In this document: in pieces, positions 1 through 10,800 of the stretch
Layout of the letters: each line of letters begins with the position of its first letter
Numbering within the stretch: position 1 is the stretch's first letter
Assembly (NCBI GenBank): GCA_001687465.1
Contig: LVLI01000685.1
Coordinates: forward strand, 1 to 61,324
DNA from: Halocafeteria seosinensis
Taxonomy: Eukaryota
Direction of reading: 5' to 3'
DNA: 61,324 bases
Made by a program: the position numbers and the translations under genes
The notes under the pieces: generated by a model
What the model saw: only the letters and a program-made list of their open reading frames with translations
Told to the model about the DNA's origin: nothing
The model's database searches: none

Positions 1-103
1 CCCCTTAACAGTCCCCCTTTCTCTCNGNCGANTCATCAACCAACCAATTAATATAATTGGTTGGTTGGTGATTCGTCAGAGAGAAAGGGGGACTGTTAAG
101 GGG
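1..103. repeat. Near-perfect 50-bp-arm inverted repeat (hairpin) at the window start, loop ATA
   Basis: Bases 1-50 are the reverse complement of 54-103, apart from three Ns and one mismatch. The core ccaaccaaccaatta-NNN-taattggttggttgg recurs at about 129-161 with loop TAT, and partially at about 186-212. Confidence 0.9.
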
Positions 104-671
104 AGACTCTGACAGCCAAGGAGGATTGCCAACCAACCAATTATATTAATTGGTTGGTTGGTGATTCGTCAGAGAGAGTCGCTCTCAACCAACCAATTAA
201 TATATATGGTTGTGTGTGTGTATTTGTTTTGTTGTTCTTGGTTACTTGTGGTAATAATAACAATTCACTATGGCTTCCAGAGAAGATTCTGCCATTTCAC
301 GAGCTAACGCTCTAGCACATGAAATGGCTCGTCGTTTCCAAGGGGCTGTGGATGAGCAGGAAGACCGAGCCTCAAATCCAGAGACTGGGGACACTAATAC
401 AATGTAAGGCTGTTAACCCTACAAGTTTGGCACAATTCCTAAATGCCGTTCGTATGGATGTAAATGAGAAGGAAGACACTAAGTCGGGACGTCCTTTATT
501 GCTTGAAAAAGTGACCAGAGATTCTAACTCCCTGTATGCTAAAGAGGACTTTCTGTTCAGCAATCACAAGGCAAGAATTTTTCTTTTTTCCCTGTTCCAA
601 CGTTGTCCAAGGAATTGAATTATTTTCAAAGGACTAGGAGACAAAGTGAAAAAGAAAGCAGGAGAGAAATA

Positions 672-1031
672 ATGGAGTGTCCAATATGCTGTACAGTGTA
701 TCCGACGACAACGGGAATAATATGTAGCGTATGTACCAACCGAATTTGTAGAGGATGTTACGTGAATATGGGAAGAGATTATAAATGTCCTCACTGTCGG
801 ACAACAAGCCCACCATTTGTCGTAGGAGAAACGCCTGTCCAACAAAACCCAGCTCCAATAATCCAGAACAACGGTAATTGTAGTGGAACATACGCAAGGG
901 GGACAATGAACTGTACATACACCCCCAGATATTGGATACAGGGAAGACAATATTGTGGGAGATGTGCTAGAATAAACTTAGGAATTTCCCGAAACGCACA
1001 AATACCTGAACAATACGAGTTTGAGGAGTGA
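672..1031 (+). CDS. Small intronless RING-like zinc-finger protein (119 aa) with a second C-terminal Cys cluster
   Basis: ATG at 672 lies within ORF 603..1031. MECPICC...CSVCTNRICRGC...KCPHCR gives a CxxC..CxxC.CxxC..CxxC (C4C4 RING-like) pattern. C-terminal motif CSGTYARGTMNC...YCGRC. Confidence 0.7.
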   Translation: MECPICCTVYPTTTGIICSVCTNRICRGCYVNMGRDYKCPHCRTTSPPFVVGETPVQQNPAPIIQNNGNCSGTYARGTMNCTYTPRYWIQGRQYCGRCARINLGISRNAQIPEQYEFEE

Positions 1032-1077
1032 GCTTTTCAAAGAGGGAGATTGACGAACAATGAACTTTGAAGAAACT

Positions 1078-1309
1078 AGGGCAGAAAAAAAATATTTTCT
1101 GCCCTTTCCTACATAGTAGGGATTTTTACCCTTCTTATATAGGGAGGGGCAAGGGCAGAAAAAATCAATATTTATATATATATAAACATAATAAGCATAT
1201 ACTCTCTTTTAGTTTGTATATATATAATGTAAATTTTTTTATCCCTTTTATCCCTAAATAGGGTTTATACCGCAATTACATAGGAGGGCAGAAAATAAAT
1301 TTCTGCCCT
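1078..1309. repeat. Two AGGGCAGAAA...TTTCTGCCCT hairpins plus one half-site in AT-rich DNA
   Basis: Stem-loops at 1078-1105 and 1285-1309; half-site agggcagaaaa at 1152-1162. Confidence 0.8.
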
Positions 1310-1408
1310 TTAAATTGTTTTTAGCCCCGAAAGCCATTATACACCAACGAGAGAGCGACAACTGAGGGGAGGGGGTTAACCTTTTGATGGTCACCGAAGA
1401 AGAGCACG

Positions 1409-1602
1409 ACAATTTAGCGATGAATTACATTGAAAATTACACCTACAATTTAGCGATGAATTTAATAAAAATTACACCGACAATTTAGCGATGAATTTAA
1501 TAAAAATTACACTGAAAATTACACCTATAATTTAACTTATAGCCGGCATTTTTTATTATTTTTTATTAAATAAATCCGGCATTTTATATTAAAATCCGGC
1601 AT
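1409..1602. repeat. Three ~35-bp tandem repeats (acaatttagcgatgaatt...aaaattacac) followed by three ccggcat motifs in A/T tracts
   Basis: Units start at 1409, 1445 and 1480. ccggcat occurs at 1543, 1576 and 1596. Confidence 0.85.
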
Positions 1603-1629
1603 AAATTATTATATGCTGGTTAAAATGCC

Positions 1630-1679
1630 CTATCACCCGCCAACGTGAAATCAATTGATTTCACGTTGGCGGGTGATAG
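1630..1679. repeat. Perfect 50-bp palindrome with no loop
   Basis: ctatcacccgccaacgtgaaatcaa|ttgatttcacgttggcgggtgatag is its own reverse complement. Confidence 0.97.
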
Positions 1680-1850
1680 ACGACAGGTGACACAGGTGTC
1701 TCATGAGCAAACATGTACTTCGTCAGATGATTTTAGTGTTCTGAGACATACTGGGTAAAGTCCAATTTCCAGATGCGAAGGAGAGCTTGCGTTCATCGTT
1801 GGTATGTGCTATTATGAAAAAGTAGTACTACATTGGTAAATGGCTGCCTC

Positions 1851-4800
1851 TTACGGACGGTTTCTTACCCTTCTTCCCTGGGCACGTATTCTTAGTATAT
1901 GAGACCAGTACTCCCAATACATGAGCTGCTGCTCCTTCAAGGCGTCGTTATCTATAGAGTTGGTGGATTCACCAACGTTGATGGCGACTACAGCTTCTGG
2001 CCGGACCGACGACACAGTCTTCACTTCATTTGGCGTGTCGGTGAAGGACACTAGAGACAATTTGAACTCTATCTTCATCTTGGACAACGACGAGGTTTTA
2101 ATGCACACAGAGAAGTGCTTTTCTGTTTCTTGTTTATCCCATTTCAACAGTAGGTCTATGGGGTTATAGTCCACGCCACTCGTCGCAGAGATATCCGTTG
2201 TCCATACACGGGTGAGAATTACATGTTGAGGTTCTAGAGATTCATTTAGACTACGCCGCCTGATTGTGATATCCACATTTTGTAACGTAGAGTCAGCCGC
2301 ATATTTCTCATCCGAAAAGAATATCTCCTGTTCTTCTATATCGGCACGGATGCCGGAGAGGTAAACTGCACACGACACAGGCTGAGGCTCAGGAGTCGCC
2401 TTTAGGTTTGCAATTCTCCGCTCTATGTCTTCAATGCTTGAGCTTAATTCTTCGCTCCGAGATTCTGCGTCATTCAGCCTTTGTTCTATGTTCTCCAATT
2501 CTGTCTTGTTCTGAAACTTAATTCTTAGCGTGCGATTCTTTATAGCCTCAAATCCTTCAAAATCTTTCGTCAAATTTCGTCTATTCCCCGATAGACGAGA
2601 GAAGACTCCCTCTTTTCTTTGTACAACATTCTGTGCATGGTCTAAAGTAAGAGTCAGATTTGCATGCACTTGTTCACTGGTTAGTATCCGTTCCAAGAAC
2701 CTTCCATCAAAGCCGAATTCGCAACCATCATCATCGATATGAGCTTGAGGATCAAAATTGATTGCCGCTTCGTAAGTGCATCCGCGAATCGGAAAGATAC
2801 ATGAACCATCGTTAATAGTCGCATCAGGGTCAAAGTTAAAAGCTTCTCTACAAGTACACCCTTCTCTTAGTCCCGCTTCAAGCAAACATTCTCCATTGTC
2901 TATTTCAGCATCTGGGTCGTGGTTCTGCGGAGAAATGAAAACAGGTACGCAGATTGAGGCATACTATGTCACGACTACGTGCATGTAATGCGGTCACATA
3001 CCTTAGCCAAAGAATAACTACAGCCAATAGTCTTTTTGTTTGAGCATGAGCCATCATCAGTCGTTGCCTGTGGATTGTAATTCCCATAGCTAGGCTTTGT
3101 GCAACCAAATATGTCGAAAGAACCCAAAATGCGCTGGTTCTTGTCCGTAGGACAAAAACTGAGCTGGTCTAAGTCAAAGATGATTCCTCTACTTCTAATA
3201 AAGCTGTGGCAAACAAATACGTTAGGAGGAAATACGGCGATACTCCCATCCTCGAACACCAGGCTAAGTTTCGTTAGGATGAGTGCTTGCGTAAACGCTG
3301 TCTGCTTTGAAGCCCATTGTCTTAGTCCATTTGCTGAAGTCTCAACCTCCATCGCCGTGTCCTCAAGAGTATACGTCCTCAGCGACTCGCGGAAATGTGA
3401 CTCTACGCAGCGTGTAACTTGCACGATTCCAGTCCCGTCCCCATCAACGACACCTAAATTTGCCAAGCTACCATCAGAATCTCCACTCTGTAGACGCGAA
3501 TCGAGTCCCTCGCATCCTGTATCAGGGTGACGCACTTGAAAACCCCCGCCGCGTACAGCTTGAATAGAGTCGACACTAAACAACCCTTCCTTGCTGAACC
3601 CCACCGCAAAGGATATATGACGTTTAGAGGACATTCCCCCATCAGTTATTAGTTCTTTGGACGCGTTTCCCCCACATGCACGTAGTATTGTGCCAGGTCC
3701 AGAACGATCATCTCCTTTATCGGGGATTTTTCCCCCTCGAGCATCCAAGTGGAGACTATGAGATGCATTGGCTGTTTCCAAATGATGTTGATCGAACGCA
3801 GTAGCGCATTGTACAGCAATACGCCCTCCAGAACCACCCTGATGTGCTGAGGTGCATTTTCCGTCCCCCCCTGTCGTTGTAATCAAGCCACTGCTATGAT
3901 GCAGTATATCTGTCTGAAGATTGAAACTTCCGCCAGCAGCTGAGCCACTGCATTGAAAAGTTAGACAAAGAGAGTGGTAAATGTAAGAAGAAACATAATT
4001 AAATTGCAGTGCATTGCCACTCACGTTGAACAGCTCTCCGATGCCGTTCCTCTTAAATCGACTAAACCCTCAATTCGACATTCGCTGGCGTTTAATGATA
4101 AGTGGGCTCCGCCGAAAGACTCGGTTGTAAAACCTTTTGTAAAACCTTGACAAGTGCCACTCCCTGGCTCGTTGGGACTGAATACATCACCGTATGGGAA
4201 GCCTTCCTCTTCCTTCACCCATATAGAGCCCTTCCACCAAATCCATCCTTCATGTTGTCCCCCGCCTTCACCCCAGGTCAACCTGAATATCCAGCTCGGG
4301 CGTGTTTTCACTGCGTATACTTGCCCATTTCCATCAAAGGGATGTATGTCATCCCTAGACGTTATAAAACCATTAACGTTCAGATAACTTGTAGTTGGTT
4401 CTCCATCATCCACTGATCCGAATGTGAAGTCGCCACATTGACGGCTGGAACATATTTCCGAAGTGTCGCCGTTTTCAAGATAGCTAGCAGCTCTGATTGC
4501 AAAGTCCTCCACGAAAAAGTGGGTAAATCCGAACGGAATCGGAATGTCATAACGGGTGGTATGGCCTCCATCACGATCCACACTGTAAGGACGAACACCG
4601 CCTTCAAAGAACCCCTTTTGGGCACAATTCCCGCTGCAATCAACAGTAGCATCGAGGATGTCCTTTGCGATCTCTTGCGTGATACGAGTAAATCCATCCT
4701 TGCATTTTACTTCAAACGACCGACTACCGCCGGAGTCGAAGGGATCTATGGTGTAGGTTCCGTCCTCCGGAACATGCAGACAGCTCTTGAAGAGTCCGTC

Positions 4801-7800
4801 ATCTGTGTATATCTGCGCAGTCTCAATGGCTCCGATGCCTCCATGGGAAGCTCCGCGGGTGGCTGACTTGCCCGGTCCAGCACATCCATATCCTCGACCA
4901 GTTCCATTCACTATGGCATTTTCCTCGAGAACAACATCACTGGCATTTATCTGAGCCATACCGTTCACAAAGAGAGTAGAAGAATTTTTCACCCATAGTT
5001 TCCTTCCAACATGAATCAAAGGGCTGCTGCCGCTAGAAAACAGTGCCATGCCTTCAACATCGAGCCGATCAAGGGAAAATTCGCTGCTGACAGAATCGTC
5101 TATCATTAATTTACTCCGCCCCGACAATTGCAAGACATCGCCCTGAAAGTTAACTCTCGAACCATCGAACGATGAAATATTACCGACTGCTTCCTCAGCA
5201 AGTGAAAACGTATCGACAGCAATTGTCAGGCTCCCAAAGGACTCCATTTGCAAACTCGCCTCGCTTCGAATGTCCATCATCGTACCAACTAAGTTTACTA
5301 CGTCCCCACTCAAACACATTCGCGATTTGTCCAGCATTGTGAGCGCTCTAGTTTCCAAGCTGGAGACTGCAGAAGACAGAACGTGCAGTGTTCCATTAGA
5401 TGTCATGGTGATTCCTTCCACAGCCAGCGAGCTTTTTGAATTTACACCATCTATTACAAGCTGCGCATCGCCTGTAAGACTGAGAGTGTTCACTCCCTCC
5501 AAATTCCCCTCAATTTTCACTGAGGTCGACAGAGTAAGATGCTCTGGCGTATGAAGTGTACTGTTCTCTTGAACATGTACATTGACCTGACATAGGGCTA
5601 AGCCTATGTCATCTAGATGGTGAAGGGTAGTGTTGAATTCACCCCATTGCTCGTCAACGTAGACACTTCGGTAAACTCTACCGTGACTCATGCTCAAACG
5701 CTGTACTGGGTAGAAGGTTACATTTTGTCCCGGGGTAATCGTCCATGTAGCAGTGCCGTCGCCCACTAACGTCAGAACTGACATGTTTCTTCGAGTGGGA
5801 GTATCGGACTCCTCAACGCCGATGGGCACCCAGCGCAGTCCTCCGCCACCCCGCAGTACCAGGCGCGATATGTTGATGCCCAATACATTATCCGTTATCA
5901 CAGCTTGTGACGCTACCGTCGACTGTGGCATGCTGTTATCAACTTTAAGATCTCGTATTCCGGTAGCAAGTTCCAAATATACAGTCCCCGGTGCGGAACG
6001 TTCCGATCGGCCCACTGTATCTGCCGTTTCCACACCACCTCCACCTACTGCTTGTGTGGTATGTTCCAATAGGTCGCGTGCCCAAGATGACTCGGAAATG
6101 ACAGCTATACGTCCTCCACTACCACCGCTACCTCGAATATTACCAGGGGCGCCATCACCTCCATTAGCCTGCAAGAGAGCCGCATGTTCCAGAAGAACGC
6201 TGCAGTTAAGAAGAATGCTTCCTCCAGCGCCGCCTCCAGCTCTGTAAACAGTTATAGCAAACAAAAACAACACCAAGTCGGGGTAAAGAGCGACCCCACA
6301 AAGGGTATATCACTGAAAAAAACTTACTCGTCACTGCTGCAATCGCGAGTAACAGCATGGCCACCATTGGCTTCAATTATTCCTGCAATACTGGCGTTCT
6401 TCAGAACTTCCAAGTGTATAGCGGCGCCTCCATGCCCTGCAACGTGTTGACCTTCCCACAAAGACGCGCACGCTCCACTTCCGATGGTAGTGGGGTAAAA
6501 CGCATCACCATTGGCAAACGCCCCAAAGGTATCATTGAAATCCTCAATACTTACCGCAGCTGCCCCTATACCACCATGGGATCCTCCCTGAGAGGACATT
6601 GTAGGAGTCCCCGGACCATCACACGGACTAAATCCTCGTCCAGTACCACTAATAGCGGTGCGTGGACCCATGGAAAGGGTTAGAGTCCTGATCTTAGACT
6701 GCCCTCCAATGAAGACTGTCGATTCGTTGCAGAGGTGGATGTGTTTAGACACGTTCAACGTCGCATCCCGGCCGGAGTCAAGTTTAGCGGTATCAAGCAG
6801 AACCATGGTGTCGAAAGAAAACGAACCCTCTTGACCGTGGGAAAAATTAAATCCCGCGTTTTCTTCCATTCGAAAGTCACTAAAGGCACTTGACGACACG
6901 TTGGAAGCGTTCATGGCAATCTGACAATTATCATTTATGCTTACGAGGCCTACACTGACGCTTAGATTTCCTGACACATTTGTCCTAAGGAGGGCATCAT
7001 GTTCCATAACCAACTCGTCAAGCATGATATTCAGGTCGTTTCCAGCTTCAAACAGCATGGAAGATTGTCCAAGCATCAATAATTCACGGGAGATAAAAAA
7101 CGCTCCGGAACTTCCATTGATCTTCATACGTCCATTTTCGTTGAGAAATACCGCAGAATAATTTAGCGCGGAATTGTTGGAATCTACGTTTACAGTACCG
7201 TCGGTGCTTACACTTAGCGATTGCACCCCATCCCAACTCCCATTCACTTCAACAGAGACGTTAGAAACCAAAATATGGTCGGGAGTCACTAATCGACCTC
7301 CCTTACGGACACCCACGTTAATTCGAGTCAGGGCCAAATTAGAATTATCAATGTAAACCGGCTCAGCGAGCACGTGTTCCCATTGTTCACGTGACACTTT
7401 CCGAATCACACTGGGATCGGTATCAAACGGCAGATAACTACCATCGGAGTCATTGCCAGCAGACACAAGATGACCTGTTTGGTTTTTGCTAATGACCCAT
7501 TGCCCTGTTGCATCCCCCAACGCGTTATCAATAACAAACTGACCCCAACCTTTCGTTTCTGGCCACCAACGGACGCCGCCGCTATGGTACAGGCCCACTG
7601 CATTAAAGTGAAGTTGTGAAACGTTATCCACAATGATGGACTGTAAAGATTCACTCATCGTGTTGTTGCCATTGTCTACCGTTAGAGTATTGAACCGAGA
7701 GTTACCGCATTTCCAATACACCGTCCCCGGTCCCGATCTCCTTACATCCTTGGCATCATCTGTATCGGGACCAAACAGCCCACCTTCAGCCTCTTCCTTG

Positions 7801-10800
7801 GATGAGCCAGCAATCAGTTCTTCACAGTACACTGCAATCCTTCCCCCACTACCACCAAATCCCTTATTCCCGGAACCACTACCTCCATTAGCGGTTAATT
7901 TACCGGTATGACGCAGCGCATGAGCTCGCAACAAGACACTTCCCCCCGCACCGCCACCAGCACTGCAAACAAAATTTAGCGTATTGTTACATGTACAACC
8001 TTAGTAGAAACAACAATTATACGTACTCGTTAACGTTATTCGTGTGTGCGGAAGCATGTCCACCATTTACCTCGACAATTCCTTCGATTTGTGCTTTAGA
8101 AACGTTGAGAACCGTTGCAGCACCTCCATCCCCTTCTCTACCGTTATTGTGAGGATCGCAACCCGCCAAACCAGCCAATTGAGGCCGGAAGACACTGTCA
8201 TATGCAAAACCAGAACGCGAGCTCAGCTTCATGAATTCCTCCACGGGGTCCAGAGTACCCAGGCCACCATGGGATCCTCCACCGCCCGATATCTCAGTCT
8301 TACAGTCTTTGCCACCTCTTTCTGTTCCGTTGATGGAACTTGTAGAGTCTATAATTAATTCACGTGCCTGAATGCCAAGGCGGCCACCAAACGACAGTGA
8401 CGAGCCATTACTTAGCTTTATCAGAAGAACGTCCTCAAGGCGAGTATCGTCTCCGATGTCAAACGATCCTCCGGTTAAGGTTACTTCTCGGAACTCGAGT
8501 GTTTTTTCAGAGGTTGTAAACGAAACCTTAGACGACCCTCCAATAGACAAAGACGGTCTAAAAAACCAAAAGTGTCCGCTCACGGATACATCGAACGTTG
8601 AACGCTCCAATAAATCCAGGTTTTGAGTCTGTAGCTTAAAGTCACCGTGGCTGAAAATGGAGACGTTTGAGTCTCCAAGCATTACCATCGATTGTAGTGT
8701 AAGATTACCACCTTCTTCGCCCTTCCTTATCGAAAGGTCAGACCCCCAGGTTAGACTCAAATGCTTGACACCAATCCACTGCCCCCAAAGATTGATAGGA
8801 ACCTGTGACACGCTGACTATGTGGGGTGATTTGAAAACGCCACCTTTGTGGACATCCAATCCTACTTCCCTAAGGGCAAACGTAATCTGATCACGGTAGA
8901 AAGTTTGAATGTCAACTTGAGTCCACAGACCGGACGACATTTGTACCAAGTCTGTAAAGGTATATCCTATGCCTCGGTTAGTGGTGGTGACACCGTCTTC
9001 ACTGCTACTGGCAATATTTAACGAAGCGTTAGTAGTCGTCGAATTTTCGGTCGTCTTGTCTTCAGACGAAGTCTCCTCTGGATTGGGTAGGAGAAAATCA
9101 AACGTACCCATCTGATTTTCCACTAGCGACCATCTCCCAGTTGTGTCCCCGCTAAGTCGCCTCACCGAAAACACCGTCTCGTGACGGGTATTAGGTATCC
9201 ACTGGATGCGACTTCGACCCGAAACATGCATTTTGTCAAAATGCAACCTTTCCTGGTTATTTACGATAACGGACTCTGTAAAGTTTTCCAACCTACCGGC
9301 ATCGAGACTAACGTTGCCGTTGTCTATACGAAGCTCCCTCAAGTATCTTGGACCGCATTCTTGGTAAACGGTTCCAGGGCCAGAGCGCCAACGACTCTCA
9401 CTGTCACCGAAGAACCCCCCAAATGCTACAGCATAATCTGCCACTACCATAGATGGGAAAGATAGCTCTCTACAAAGTACGGCTATCCGTCCACCCCCTC
9501 CACCATGGCCGCTATTGCTGCTTCCATTACCTCCATTCGCAAGGAGGGAATGTCTATCAGCGACCAGGGTATCTGTCTCAAGTAAAATAGAGCCACCAGA
9601 TCCACCTCCATCTCTGCAAAGTTCGCATTCATAGACAACCGGTAAACACAGTATACAAAAAGTCAATGTATGCCTTTACTTAACACTTACCCTCCGACAT
9701 CGAGGACGTTGCCACCACTGACGTCTATCTGTCCGAACACACGGGTTGAATTCATCGCCTGCAGATGAAGGGCTGCGCCACCCCCGCCGCCATGCTCACC
9801 AGATCCACCACTGCCTGGTATAGTTGGCTCAAAGACATCTCCATAAGCGTTGAGCTCGCTATTTTTCTCTCTAAATGTGAATACATCTTCAGTGGTCCCC
9901 ATCCCTCCGTAAGAGCCTCCAACATGACGGAGAGAAGACGAACCCGGTCCTGAGTTGCCAGGGTACCCATTGGAACTACCGTTCATCACGGCGTGAGTGT
10001 CGACCAACAAATCTTCTAGACTAATATTTACGATATTGGTCATGTTGACCACAGAAGAATCCAATACATAAAGGTAGTTTCTCACAAACATTGATGCACT
10101 TTCCCCACTGTCAAAAAAAGCATTGTCGTGCAACCCTACACTTCCAAAGGAAAAATTACCAGACTCTTTGGATAGTACAGTTAGAGCACACTGATTCCGA
10201 CAGCTCATCGACTCCATTACAAAGTTGACGCTGGTTTTAGTGTCTACTGTGGTCGAAGCATTATCCACTTGCTTCCATACGTCAACTGCTGCGTAAGTGA
10301 CGTCTTCGGAAAACGTCCTGATTCGCGAGGTCTCCATTAAAGAAACATTCCAAATGTTCAAAGTCAACTCTCCTTCACTTCGGACATCCAGCATTGAATT
10401 ACCTACCATCGACAAGGTTTCGAGGAAGAGTTGGTTACCTAGAACCGTCACGGTGGCTCCTGTACCAATACTCAAGTGATCCACAGAACGCCATCTACCT
10501 TCCAAATTTATAGGAATATTGCGAGTAGCAATATGAGAAGGTGTAACCAGTTCCGCATTCTCATGAACATCTACTCCCACCTGAGTGAAGGCTAGTCCGA
10601 TCTCATCCTTGTGGAGTACTTGCAAATCTATTTGTGCATATTCACGGGACTCGTTCCGGTACACGGATGAATAAGAATAATGATGAGGGAGCGTCAGGGG
10701 CAAGTGATTCATCGAAGACTGAGGATTCCGAACGTCAGACGCTCCAAGTAAAACGCATTGTCCATCCGGTATACTCAGTCTTCCACCAGTATCGCCTTCG

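Noticed and set aside
319..618. 99-aa ORF, and an overlapping 45-aa ORF from ATG 270
   Set aside because: Short, with no recognisable motif; cannot be supported as coding.
1409..1533. 35-bp repeats as a CRISPR array
   Set aside because: The repeats are contiguous with no unique spacers, there are only three units, there are no cas genes, and the context is eukaryotic.
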